Source: Lama guanicoe
Taxonomy: Eukaryota
Length of the DNA: 64,000 bases
Direction: 5' to 3'
Assembly: GCA_013239625.1 (NCBI GenBank)
Contig: MU053472.1
Location: 1,178,001-1,242,000 of the forward strand
Below, one piece after another: positions 35,385 to 48,071 of this stretch (the first letter of the stretch is position 1; every line of letters starts with the position of its first letter). The notes beneath the pieces are model-generated. The model was not told the DNA's origin. It saw only the letters and a program-made list of their open reading frames with translations, and did no database searches. Position numbers and translations under genes: made by a program.

Positions 35385-35792
35385 TGTAGTGAATGGTGGT
35401 CCTCAAAAAGATACATCCACATCCTAACTCCCAGAACTTGTGAATGTGACTTTATGTGACAATACAGGTTTGGATATGGAATTAAGTTGACATCATCCTG
35501 GATTATTCGGATGACCCCTAAATCCAATGACAAATGTTCTTATCAGTCAAAGCCAGGGGGAGAAGCAGCCCATGTGAAGACAGATGCAGAGATTGGAGTT
35601 ATGTGGCCACAAGCTAAGGAATGCCTGCAGAAGTTGGAAGAGGCAAGAAGGATTCTCTCCTAACACATTTGGAGGAGGCACAACTCTGGTGATGTCTTGG
35701 TTTCAGACTTCTGGCCTTCAGAATTGTGAAAGAATTTCTGCTTTAAGCCACAAAGTTTGTGGTAATTTGTTACAGCAGTTTTAGGAAACAAC
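35385..35792 (+). mobile_element. MLT1-type MaLR solo LTR
   Basis: gaatggtggtcctcaaaagat...gatgcagagattggagttatgtggccacaagc...ctttaagccacaaagtttgtggtaatttgttacagcag. Confidence 0.85.
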
Positions 35793-36155
35793 TTGTCTTG
35801 CTCAAGAATGTTCTTCTTTCTCCCTTCAAAACAAACAAACTGTTCTCTAAAGGCAGCCATGCTTATATGGCAAAGAAGATGTACATACATACATGAACAT
35901 ATAGGAGTCACAAACTTTTTAAAGAAAGTAGTATTCAGATGCACCAGCTGTCCTGTGGCTGCTTAATATATGAGTGAGGGATGTCATTTCATACATAGGC
36001 CATCACGTGTGATACTAATCCTGGCTCCAATCACTTAGCACAGCATTCATAATGCATTGAAAGTACACACAATGAAGATGTTGCAAAGAGAGAAAATAAC
36101 GTTTTATAAATCACACTGGCAAGACTAGCAGTAACTTGCCTAACATTAAACTAAC

Positions 36156-36367
36156 CATTTTTCGATGGACTGCAATGATGTAGCCTGTAAAGGAACTGTC
36201 AGGAAGAGATGGCATATGACCATTCACCATTCCATTTGTGAAGTTCTTCTCAGTTCCACATGGCACAACAGTGTTTGGCATTCCATTGGGGATGAATATT
36301 GGTCGAGGCAGGTCCCCATTGGTGGTTAGGGTGAACATTCCATTTGTAGATGGGGAAGAGGAGAAAT
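36156..36367 (-). CDS. USP32: USP32 coding exon (~26), 212 nt, DFSSSPSTNGMFTLTTNGDLPRP...YIIAVHRKM
   Basis: ttgtag|ATT acceptor; ATG|gttagt donor; matches ORF-track peptide. Confidence 0.95.
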
Positions 36368-36769
36368 CTACAAATTTGAAGATAAGGATAGCATCATAAG
36401 CTTGTGGTACATTTATCTTTGCTCTTTTCTCAAATATCTTTGGGACCCAGACTACTGACAGTCTCTTTTAACAGAAGACAGGGAGAAATCATAGGTCAAA
36501 TAATTCTAGACTAATTGGAAGATTTTAGTTTCAGATTCTATTTCTATAACTCACACTTCTGACAAAATGACAAAGCAAGAGTAATTACTGGGAAGAGTAA
36601 GTAGAATTTTTGCAACAACCTTTATCAGCCCCCAAGATGTGACAGGAAAACAGTTACACTGCTTGCTTTCTTTTTCTTCTCTAAAAATTCATTTCTCCAT
36701 TCCTCTAAAAATGTTCTAGGACAGCAATCGTAAGCCAGATGTTGCGTTTAAAAAATTGTTTAATTTTTT

Positions 36770-37048
36770 AAAGAAGAGTTTATTTTTAGAGAAATTTCAG
36801 ATTCACAGCAAAAGAAAAAGCAAGGTAGAGACTTCACATCTGCCCCCAACACATTCACAGCCTACTCCGTTAACAACAAGTCCCACCAGAGCAAAACATT
36901 TGTTACTACTGATGAAAGACGCTGCTTTTTAAATTAAATTAAAGTGCATTTCCTGTCTCACCAGCTGCATTTCAAATGTGAATAGTCCATGTGACTAGTG
37001 GACCCTGTACTGGATGGCAAAGATTACAGATAATTTTCATCATTGGTA
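36770..37048. mobile_element. Old L1 tail fragment next to a MER3-like hAT remnant
   Basis: ttttagagaaatttcagattcacagcaaa (L1-like), then gctgcatttcaaatgtgaatagtccatgtgactagtggac (MER3-like). Confidence 0.45.
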
Positions 37049-37618
37049 AGAGTTCCATTGTACAGTGATGATATAAACAAAAAAGCAGTATTACATCATC
37101 CACCAACTCACCACCAGTACTACCTACTGAGTGCCAATGACAGGAGCCTCATTCTCTTTGAAGCCCTTTATAGTTCGGGAATGTACCTAATTACCAACAG
37201 TATAAAGAAGAATAGACAAATCCTAATAATGGCCAAAAAGATTCACTGGATGATATTAAATTATAGGCAATATCAGATGAACAGATTCCTTTCTAGTCAT
37301 ATTTATTGTTTTCTGACAGTGTACTCCTCTCAGACATCTGCTACCACGTTAGTATTAGATAAAAGAGTTAAAAGAGATCTGAATTCCAGTGGTAGTTTTA
37401 GCTAATAACTGCCTATCTAACTTAGTCACTTAGGTTCTCTGAATTTTGGGTTGCTCATTTATAAAATGAGGAATCTGAGATAAATGATCACCAAGGTTTC
37501 CTTCAGGCTCCAAAACTCTCTTACTCTAATATTGTTAGCCTAAACAAATATAAAAAGGATGATAACCTTTAGACCAATATTCAAAGAATCATGAGAGGGA
37601 GCTCTAGTTACGTCTTAC

Positions 37619-37730
37619 CTGTCTGTACTGGACTAGAAGCTGAAATTGGAGATCCAGGGATGGGAATTTCAAATGCACACAAAAATCCACTCACTGAAAG
37701 CCGTACTTTCTGGTTGTCCTGAGGGAAATT
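37619..37730 (-). CDS. USP32: USP32 coding exon (~25), 112 nt, NFPQDNQKVRLSVSGFLCAFEIPIPGSPISASSPVQT
   Basis: ctatag|AAT acceptor; CAG|gtaaga donor. Confidence 0.95.
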
Positions 37731-38610
37731 CTATAGAAAAAGAGGCCAGATGAGAAGGGGGAGACGTTTCAGATAAAATGGAGAATCACCTCTCTGATAT
37801 ATTCGAAGCGAATGTCTTAAATGCTTTCATCAGTCAAACAAACAAGACATCTGAATAATTTTTTTCTAAAATAACTAAGATGAAAGCTTGATAAACGAAA
37901 TGAAAAATCACCTTACTGACAAAACTACTCATCCTCTTCCATAGGGAGGAAGTCTCTTATAAGTGCCTTTTAAAATTCTGTCCTTCATCTCAAGAATCCC
38001 CACAGAGACCTCAACTTCTGCATTACATATGAAAAAAATATCAATGAGGTGGAAGTTTGTTTAGAAATTCTCAAAATGAATATAAATAATACCAATGGTA
38101 GAAGCTCAATTTAGGGCAGGCAATATATTTATTACACTGCTTGTTTCTCCAGGTGGTATGCAGGAAGAAGTGATTTGTGTCACTTCGTCTTTACTTTCTA
38201 ACTCCTTAGTTTGGAAAGTCCTGGTATACATATTCATAAGTACTAAAAGCACACATTCGTAATAACCTAAGAAGAACTCTATTAACAGTGGTAATACAGA
38301 AGAGCTGTCAAGTGTAGCAGCAGCAGTCACTCGGAACATCTATACTACAACGACATAGTCAGATCACTCCATATAGGCAGCGTGGGCTTACGCATGTTTC
38401 TCCTTTAAAACAAATACCACCATCTTTATTACTCTTTTATTCTGGTAGACAACCCTTAAGCTTCTCTGGAATGAAAAACTTGACAATTCTTTTTTCAGTT
38501 TTTGGTCTGTTTTATTATCTCCTTTGGCCATTTAACATAATAATTAATTAAGAAAACTGTGATCTTTGAAGGAGGAATCAAGGGTTTCCTAGAAAGAATA
38601 GTAGTATCAC

Positions 38611-38762
38611 CTTTATGTTGGAACCATGTACTTCTGCGAGAAGAATTTGTTCTGATTTAAGTCCACAGAGATCGCTCAGCTGTTTTTTTAAACCTGTGTA
38701 CTTTTCATCCATATTCAGTCTTAGTCCATATCGTACAGGGGTAGTACCATCCAACTTAATAA
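38611..38762 (-). CDS. USP32: USP32 coding exon (~24), 152 nt, IKLDGTTPVRYGLRLNMDEK...AEVHGSNIK
   Basis: actag|TTA acceptor; AAG|gtgata donor. Confidence 0.95.
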
Positions 38763-39219
38763 CTAGTAAAGAGGAAAGATCTTTTATCAGTAAAATTCAG
38801 GTTTCATTGAAAGCTTTACACTCGTGTGACTTAGAACTAGCAAACATTCCAGTCTAGGATTTTTATTTTATATGTAAACATCACAACAGATGATACTTAG
38901 GGATAATACTGAGTGAAATCATTATTTTTTTAATATTCATGTGATCCAGAAGTGGGAGTGACTTTGCAAGATCATAAAAAGAGTTTCTGGCATGCCTGAA
39001 ACTAACAGAGGACTCAGTGGGCACAATACTGGATCCATGTTCCAAATCTTTCAAACCTCAAATCATCCCTGAAATTAGATCACTAAATTATAACATGCTG
39101 ACTACCAGTCTTTAGGAGAATGGATTATAAACAAATGACTATACTTATAAGTTCAGGCTGCTTGAATTCAAGGTAAAAGACAATGGAATCAAATCATTTT
39201 TCAGAACTTTGTGACTCAC

Positions 39220-39394
39220 CTGTTATTTCTAAATGCATATAACTGTCCATTGGTAGTGGCAAAGACAAAAAATTGAAAGGGTCAAATCGGACACTTATAT
39301 GCCCACATGTCTTGCATTTGACTTGGGATCTTAGCTGCCCGTGAAACAAATCCACAACAATTGATCTATTTCTCCTCAGGTGGTTGTCCCAGGC
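39220..39394 (-). CDS. USP32: USP32 coding exon (~23), 175 nt, AWDNHLRRNRSIVVDLFHGQLRSQVKCKTCGH...
   Basis: CxxC of USP fingers; gctag|GCC acceptor; CAG|gtgagt donor. Confidence 0.97.
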
Positions 39395-40040
39395 CTAGCA
39401 ATAAAAAAGATTAGAGAACTTTTGTATCCCCTCAAATTAAAAAAATAAAAAATACTTCTCTGCAAATTCAGAGAAACTGGCTAAATATACTAGATTTAAA
39501 TTTCAAGAATATAATCTTCACTTAAATCGTCACTTCACCTTAATCTTCATTTAAAATATAAAAGCTTTTTGTCTACAAATTTACAAGTCAGATATGTAAT
39601 TTAAAATGTACTGCCTACTGAGACAGCAGAAACAACATAAAGTGAGTAGAGTATGATTCTTTCTGCTCAATCTATAAAACATTACATCAGATGGAAAATC
39701 TTATTTTTTTCTTTGTTCTTACCATGGTAACAATGTCCATTAAAAAGCAGATAAAATATGCTATTGGTCACTTTATACATTACTTTAACAATTACGGGGA
39801 CCCCTGAAGTTCTTATGAATAATTATTCCTACATTCTCTCCCTAAAATTTACAATGTGAAAAGGTAACACTTTTCTATTTTCATTAAAGATGCTTCGTTT
39901 GGCACCACTACTCAAGAAGTAAGCAGAGAAATATAAATTCCTTCATTTTCACAGTGAAATTCTGATCACAGGATAGTTTAAGTTAGCATTTAAAGTTGTG
40001 TAACATACATTTGTGACCAGAACATTTTCTCTGCTGCTTA

Positions 40041-40238
<198 letters not shown>

Positions 40239-40684
40239 CTATAAACATAAGAGGAATCAAACTCATTACTTGCTATCTCTACATCTCTCTCTCTCTCTCT
40301 ATGTATATATCTATCTATAAAATTTAGAATGAACATGTCCATAATTCAATCAGAGCATTAGAAGAAGATAAACAGTATAGTATTTAGTCTGTGTCTAATT
40401 TCAGCAAATATATTTTGGATAATCATGAAAATCTTTCTAATCTTAATCTCAAATGACCTCTCCTCTCCCCCTCAGAAAGTATTACGGCCAATACTGTGTT
40501 CCAGTTTAGTATCATGTGAGCAAAGACTTCTTTAGGTACACAGATGCCATTTAAGACAGATAAGACAAATATTAAAACAGCATTTTCTCACACCAAAAAA
40601 TTCCATTTTATTTCTAATATAGTTAACTTTTCTGGTCTTGTTGCATCCTAACTTGCAGGATAGCCTTGTGTTTAACTGTGAGGA

Positions 40685-40852
40685 CTTATACTAGCTTGCA
40701 ACTCTGGACAAGCTATTTAACTGCTATAAGCCTTAGTTTCCTGAGCCACACAGTGAAGATAGTAACACTACTTTATATTACAGGGCCATTTAGAAGATTA
40801 AATGAGTTAATACACACAAAGTAATTAAAATCGTAGCTGGTAAGTTGTAAGG
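40685..40852 (+). mobile_element. MIR SINE remnant
   Basis: ggacaagctatttaactgctataagccttagtttcct...gattaaatgagttaatac. Confidence 0.7.
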
Positions 40853-41417
40853 AGCCAATTTTAACCTATTATGATTATGATTATTAATGTCTGACCTAAA
40901 AAGCCTTTGTCTTGCTTTTAAAGATAAAAAATAATCCTAACTTCACTAAAATTCACCGCATATGATACTAATGTCAAATTTGTATCCATTAATTACATTC
41001 TTTCAGCTACCTTTTATCCCACAGATAAAACTAATTATCTTAGTAATGTTAAAAATGGATTGAGAATCATTAATTAGATTCAGAGGTCTACCTTGCAGTT
41101 AGAACACTGTTAATGGTGAAGGACTAAGAAAGAAAGGTTTACTGTATATACATGTAAGACACTTGATAAATTAGTAAAGTGAATGACGTCCCAAATTTAG
41201 ACCGTACTTTTGATCTTTTCCTACCTACATCTACAGCAGTATTGTACATACATGTGAACAAGTAAAAGTATCTGATGTCCCGTTTATGTCTTGTGAAGGA
41301 CCCCAAAACATTAAACTAAAACTAAAAAGCTAACTATAAAAAAATATGTAGAGAAAAATAATTACTTACACAACTGCCTAGGACTTAAATACCTTTATAT
41401 TACTTTAACGTGCTTAC

Positions 41418-41523
41418 CCGAAGCTTTAATGGGGCGACATTCTTTTGAGTTCCACTCCAAAGTTCCTGTACTAAATCCCCATAGCATTTAGCCATATGCC
41501 CCTTCATACCAATGGGATTTGTC
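41418..41523 (-). CDS. USP32: USP32 coding exon (~21), 106 nt, TNPIGMKGHMAKCYGDLVQELWSGTQKNVAPLKLR
   Basis: ttctag|GAC acceptor; CGG|gtaagc donor. Confidence 0.96.
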
Positions 41524-41787
41524 CTAGAAGTTTGAGAAGAAAATTTGTTGCCAAAGATTCTTATAAATCACAATCACGTGGGCACAGAAATGCCTAGCAT
41601 CTGTTTTCTCATATCAAAATATCTTTTCAAAATGAGAAAAATAACACTTGGTCCTTACTTCATGCTAAACAGAGCCAATAAGATTAAGACTTTTCTCTCC
41701 CAGGGTGAAGAAAGAGGAGATTTAGGTAATATTGTGTTTATATCAAAATTATAAAACTTGACAGGCCAATGACTCAAGAAAGATTAC

Positions 41788-41926
41788 CTGTTGAGTTCAT
41801 AAAGATGTCTCCCTGAGATAAAATACTGTGTCAGTGGCTGTGTGTTACTAACACACTGGATGCTTGAGTTCATGAAGCATGTGTTTCCCAGGTTACTCAG
41901 ACCTGTGGCTCCCTTTTCTGTCGGAA
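41788..41926 (-). CDS. USP32: USP32 coding exon (~20), 139 nt, Cys box [20 protein letters not shown]; catalytic Cys codon at 41877-41879
   Basis: Canonical USP-family Cys box; ttccag|TTC acceptor; CAG|gtaatc donor. Confidence 0.97.
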
Positions 41927-42409
41927 CTGGAACAAACAATATAAGAACATAAGCCTAGCTGTAGGAAGATGCTATAGACCAAACAGTTACTTGTATTCAG
42001 TGTAATGATTTTAATGACTCTTCTAATCAGTTAAATGGAGCTAACATTTCTCTATCTGGTCTTGCAAGGCTAAACTAAATGTTTTTCATGGAGCATCACT
42101 GGCAATCATGGTATTTATGCTCATTTGTAATCTAGAAGCAGCAATGATTCTCTTTAATTGTTCTAACAGTTTTCTAAACTTCAAACAATTCTCTTCTAGT
42201 ATCATGTCTTAAAAAAAAATGTATACTTATTTAAATTGCAAGGTTAAAAAGAAATCTGATGCTTTAGGAAAAGGGAAAATAAGGGGAGGCCTGATCACTT
42301 TTGAGCCAGAAAGCCACAAGCTGTTAACACCTCAATAGTGAGAGAAGGAAAAAAACCAAAAGAATAATTTTAAGATAATTTCTTTAAAAATAATACACTG
42401 GAGACTTAC

Positions 42410-42484
42410 CCTTGTGTCTATCTATTTTACTACTGTTTGCTATAAAGGACATTTCCTCAGGCCAACTCATATCTTTATTTCGAA
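42410..42484 (-). CDS. USP32: USP32 coding exon (~19), 75 nt, VRNKDMSWPEEMSFIANSSKIDRHK
   Basis: ttccag|TTC acceptor; AGG|gtaagt donor. Confidence 0.95.
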
Positions 42485-42737
42485 CTGGAAAGACAGAGAT
42501 AGCAATGTGTTAATTTCTTTTCCATTTAAATCATACCTACTCAATTACTTTTGTTAAAAAAAAAAGAAAGTTCTTATTTCTAAACCAGAAACTGGAAAAA
42601 AAAAAGTGAAGCTAATTTTAGTAACTGACTCTGAAACCACTTCAATTCTTTATACTGGGGACTTTGTAGTCTTTGGTTAGAATTAATCAGTAAGCTAATC
42701 CCTCAGTTACCTACCTGAAGTAAAATTATACTGAATT

Positions 42738-42842
42738 GGTGGGGGGTATAGCTCAGTGGTAGAGTGCATGCTTAGCATGCAAGAGGTCCTGGGTTCAACC
42801 CCCAGTACCACCATTAAAATTTTTTTTAAATATTAAAAAAAA
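42738..42842 (+). mobile_element. tRNA-Ala-derived SINE (Vic-1 type)
   Basis: Near-intact head gggtatagctcagtggtagagtgcatgcttagcatgc...; TSD aaaattatact at 42722 and 42839. Confidence 0.9.
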
Positions 42843-43137
42843 TTATACTCAACCGTCTATAGGAGTAATTAAAACTCTTAAATTTAGTACGTTAGAACTA
42901 TTACAATTTTTCTCACCTTGTGACAAATGCCAGAGTAATCTATTCATTTTCATACAAAGGCAGTTAACAATAGTTCATGAATCTTGATGAGAAAAGACAC
43001 ACTAAGTTTTCAATGACATGTGCATGCCAGTGTGTAAATCTATGCCTTATACAAGTTAAGTTCTGTTGGTGAGTGATTCGTGTTGATGATTAATGAAAGC
43101 CTGAACCATTACCTATGCAAGAAAGTTAGTCTCCTTA

Positions 43138-43268
43138 TTTATTATTTATTGGGGGGAGTTAGGTTTGTTTGTTTGTTTATTTATTTATTTATTTTTAATG
43201 GAGGTACTGGGGATTTAAACCAGGAGCATGCTAAGTATGTGCGTTATCACCGAGCTATACCCTCTTCG
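43138..43268 (-). mobile_element. tRNA-Ala-derived SINE (Vic-1 type)
   Basis: Reverse-complement head with internal deletion; TSD tagtctc(c/t)tta. Confidence 0.85.
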
Positions 43269-43553
43269 CTAGTCTCTTTAACTCAGAAAGGCAGCTTGAA
43301 AATTTTAAGAAACTTGTAAACTTATAACTGAATTCACCTGTTTTCACCTACAGTTTTTCACCCTTGCCAGCCAATGAATATAGACATATTTATCTTTTAA
43401 AGCAATCTAAATAGTATCACAACAGGATCACATAAAGGTTTCATGGATTTTCATTACCATGAAGAATAAAATGATCAAATAACAGTTGGAAAAATTATAA
43501 AGTGGATTATCAGTGAGTAACTAAATCTTTAAATTCTTTCCCTTCATTTGTAC

Positions 43554-43635
43554 CTTCAATTACCAGGTGCTGCTCATCCTGGATTTTCAAATATTCCAAT
43601 CTATGATCCTCATCATCCAGAAGAGTAAGGTAATT
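43554..43635 (-). CDS. USP32: USP32 coding exon (~18), 82 nt, NYLTLLDDEDHRLEYLKIQDEQHLVIE
   Basis: tacag|AAT acceptor; AAG|gtacaa donor. Confidence 0.95.
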
Positions 43636-44087
43636 CTGTATATGGAGGAGGAAATATTTTTGTTAATTTAACTACTAATCTTGAAACAAATATGGATATA
43701 AAAATGAATGACAATTAAAAACGTCCTTGTAGTTATGTAACTCATGTGACATACTTAGTATATTATAGTCATTCAGAAATACTTATAATTTTGGTGGTAA
43801 AATGAGGGAAGGAAAATGTATACTTTGTAAACATAAACTATGGCTCTAAAACAGTTATATAGGATTGTGGGGAGACCAGAAAAGACTTAACACACATCAA
43901 CCCAAAATTCATTGAGTTCAGATTTTTCTGAAGGGCTTACAGAAGCGAAATTTTTCTAATATGTAGTATGAAATTCAGTAAATGTGCTTGTGATCAAGAT
44001 GGAACTTGACTGCTTACTAAGAACCGAAAATGTAAAACCAAATGTCAAGAAGTAGAATTATACATTTTTGTTGACGCTCACCCTGTC

Positions 44088-44292
44088 TAAAGTGCTCACA
44101 AAGTTAATTCATTTAAATCTTAAAACTACCCTAAGGGAGAAACTATTATTTTTCTCATTTACTCGAAGAAAACTGTGACAGAGAGTTAAGTGACTTGCCT
44201 TTGGTTATTCAACTAACAGATGTCAGAGCCAGGATTTAATTCTTGGCAGCATGGCTCCAGGAGCTATGCTCTGAACTTATGCTATACTGCCT
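44088..44292 (-). mobile_element. MIR SINE remnant
   Basis: gaaaactgtgacagagagttaagtgacttgcc...gtcagagccaggattt. Confidence 0.7.
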
Positions 44293-44823
44293 CTCTATGG
44301 TGACCAAAGGAGGGTATGTATAAGAGAGAAAGAACTAGGGAATAGAGAACTGGTTAAAACTACTTATCATTCAATTTCACAGTACAATGAAAACATACTG
44401 CCCGTGTTAGGAAGATTATAAGCAACTGACAGCACTACCTCTGAAGAGAATGGAAGATGGAAGGGGTCAGAAGATGGGAAGGAAGAATTTTCACTATATA
44501 CTTCTGTGCTGCTTGAATTTTTTAAAACATGTGTATAAGTTATTTTAAAACAAATCCAAAATAAACTTTATTTAAAAAAGATATTTGCTGTTACTTTATA
44601 ATAATAATCTTTATAAGCTGGTACTGTTCACGATAATCAACTGTTATCACGGATTTCAGGTGACAAATATCTACACATGTGCATACAATAATTTAAAAGT
44701 TGAAGTTTCCACTGAGGTCCTAGATATGGGTTTCAGCATAATTACTGTAGACAAAACCCCCAGACTCATGAAATAAGGCTTTGACGCTTAATCAGGTCTT
44801 TTCAGGACACTGAGGCCTCTCAC

Positions 44824-44978
44824 CTCACTGTTGTACAGCCACAGGCGCATGTCCTCCTCTTTGATGCGCAGCCTCTGAGACAGGTATTCATGAATTTCCT
44901 TGATGGTCTGCATCCGACTGAAACAGCCTGTGTAGGCCAAGACCCGCTTTAACGGCGCGTTCGGAGAAGGGACATTTC
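44824..44978 (-). CDS. USP32: USP32 coding exon (~17), 155 nt, NVPSPNAPLKRVLAYTGCFSRMQT...MRLWLYNSE
   Basis: catag|GAA acceptor; GAG|gtgaga donor; phases match both neighbours. Confidence 0.95.
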
Positions 44979-47953
44979 CTATGGTCGCGGTGACCACAAC
45001 AAGGAAAAAGGCAGATGTGAGTATAGCAGTGCCCCCTCAGCAGTGGGAACCAGGCCATTTCAGGAAATAATGATGAAAAATGAGAATTACAGGTTTAATA
45101 ATTTTATAATTAAAGAGGCTTTAAAGGAAGCTTTAAAATGAAGGTAGGAGACTCAAGCGTCTTTAAGAGTGAGACTTAACTTTGAAAGGGAGAACAAAAT
45201 CATAGCGGCCCCCAAAATAAGAGGCTGTATTTGGATCCCCAGAAAAGTGGCAAATGTCAGTGGGCATTGGTATCCCGGCTGCCCTCAGCTGGGTCACACT
45301 CACCAGCAAAATCACAACTCAGTATAAGAATGGGGAAGATAAAACGGGACTGGATTTGAACTTCACAGACAGACAACTGGATTTACCTGATCCGCCTTCT
45401 TAAAATAAACTGTCTTGAGTTATTAATTCCATCACTCTCATTAAGTGGCCCAATTACCTGGCACACTGGTATAATTACACAGGAAATTTTTACTAAAATT
45501 CTAAGTTGGCATAGACTCTAAATGGCCAAACAGAGCTTTAAAGCGAAGCCACGGGGCTTCTCATGACAAAAAAAAAATTGCCCTATTGAAAGGTAGTATG
45601 CGTTGGGAGAATCATATGACCTGCTCACCCAATAAAAGGACAGCAGACATGACCTTGAGCTCTCACAGGGCTCAAGGTGGAAACAAAGAGTGGCAATATG
45701 GGGAAAGAGTAAAGACTGAAGGAAGAATATATAAAGTCTAACTACATCCTTCAAAAGAGAAGAGTGAAGAAATGACAACAGATTATGGAAATCAAAAATA
45801 GGTTGCTAAGAAAATCTGCTAAACCCTGGTTTCAGCCAAAATCTATAGACAAAGGCTGTAGCTTAAAATGGTCATCTCTACCTGTGGAAGGTTATAGTCT
45901 ACTGAGCAACCCAAAACAAAAACACATATAATTCATCTAGGGTACAATTATACACTCTAGGTAGTTTTCCACCCATTTAATGATGACTTGGCCTTTTCCC
46001 TCCCGTTAAATGTGCTTTGAGTCTTCACCTACTTAAAAAAATGCAGTATTGGCATCATCTGCTTTTTCAGGGCTTCCAAAAAGAATTAACTCACCTAAAA
46101 TTGGTTGAAAAATCATCTAATAATGACTTCTGCAGCCTTGTCTGTTGAAAAGGCTACGTTTAAGTCAATGTAACTGTGGCAAGGTTTGTATACCTGTCAC
46201 TTCAAAAGGAATAACAGAGCCTAGTAAACAGCTGATAAATTGAGTAATGAGAAAGATGAAAATCACATTATGGAGAACAAAATGCAACTCTGATCAATTT
46301 TTAAACATCTAGCAAAGCAAATCATTTACTGTTAGCAAGCAGAAGACAATCCCTAGAAGAAAACAAAGAGCAAATTTCTCCAATTACACATCAGAGGATT
46401 AGTTATAAGATTACAGCAAGAAAGCATATTTTTATAAACTTCAAAATGATTAAAGATTGATTTCACAACTAATTAGCAAGAAATAAAATTTCAAATTAAG
46501 AACAAATTTGGAGCATAACTACCCAGTTCTAGGATTCAGAAGCATTTGCAAGTGTAGTGTCCAACTCAATTTCTACTGTCCTAAGCCACGTAAGAAATTT
46601 ATTTGAATTCTAGACAGTTTTTGTAGCATTGCTCATTAAGCAGGCAGCCACTTATTATACATAATTTCGTGCTTTTGAATAGCACCAACAAACCTAGTGG
46701 AATTTACAGAAGCAGCTAAAATCTAGGATCAGCACAAGAGTTACAAAGAATACTTACTAAAAGCACAACAACACACCTTGCTTCTCATGTTATCTTTCAA
46801 AGAGAATTTTAAAAGATATGTGCTATGGGTACAGGAAAGTGAGGCAAATAATATTATTTAATGGAAAATTAAATCAAAAGTGTTTCATAGAGATTCTTAC
46901 TTCTCTGTTCCTTGATTTTGATGTTTTCCCCAAAGACAAAATTTAGCTAGGCACAGTCCACTGCTTTATAACTCTTACCAAACAGTATGTATAAGAATCT
47001 CCACAGAATATCTGAATGTAACCTTTAAGGAAGACATAAAACAAACCCTACTAAATTTCAAAGGAAGGATTACACTTACGGGGTTGGTTTGGGTTCACAG
47101 GTAGTTCTTGTACACTATTATATTAATTATAGTAACATTCTGGCATTAGTAACACAAAGTCTGGGACTTTGTCTAAATGGATGAACTCATTATTTTTACT
47201 GAAGAACTATTTCAAATATTTGCAAAGCAAAAGCATAGAGCAAGTCCTGCCCATTAATAAAATTTAACTTAAGAGAAATCAAAAGGGAATTTTTTGCATG
47301 TAATACATTAAAACGAGAACTTATTTATATGTCATTTTGATAGGTTTGATGTTTTTCAAAGGAAATGTATCATTTTCAAAAATATACCCTTTGTTTTGTA
47401 TTATCTGTGTTTTAAAGGTACCTTGGACCTAGCATAAGGAATATATCATATTTTGCTAAAAATAAACAAACAAACAAAAACCCAAAACAAACAACAAACA
47501 AAAAAAGATGATATTGTCTAAGAAACTACTTCTTAGAAATCTGAGTGGAGATGAGAAGACCAGTCACTGACCAGCAGACTATAATTGAGGTCAAGCACAT
47601 AATTTATAATGGCTTGTTCTCAAAGAAACAAAGTATTTAAAATTTACTTCTACTCATTATCTTTGTATGTTTACAAACCAGAAAAGGGGACAACCATTCT
47701 CAGTTTGCTGCTGAGATTTTGCCTCCACCCCATCTAGTCTTGCGCATGACCATAGATCTAAGCCCCACAGTGATTTACTGAGTCTGTATGAAAACAGATG
47801 GAAACGTGTTATTAGTACAGTGGCACCAGACTTTGAGCACCAGACTCTGAGGTCTTTATCTTTTATTTTTTAACGGAAATGCGTGGTATTCTTGCTGCAT
47901 TCTTAAGTTACCTCTTGGTAAATGCTGAGGAAACATTCTCAGGCTCATCATAC

Positions 47954-48071
47954 CCATATTCACCCAGATGTTAGACTGCTGTGTCCGTGTGGCAGGCTGC
48001 TGTCGCAGGAAGAGAAGATGTCGAGGAAATAACTCCAACTCTGGGATTTCTGTCTTGCTATTCTTGATCAC
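47954..48071 (-). CDS. USP32: USP32 coding exon (~16), 118 nt, VIKNSKTEIPELELFPRHLLFLRQQPATRTQQSNIWVNMG; alternative in-frame donor at 47912
   Basis: aacag|GTG acceptor; TGG|gtatga donor; second donor GAG|gtaact 42 nt further on. Confidence 0.93.

Noticed and set aside
42742..42813. tRNA-Ala gene (also at 23031, 24128, 32494, 58950)
   Set aside because: The copies have mismatched stems, A-rich tails and TSDs, so they are SINEs rather than tRNA genes.
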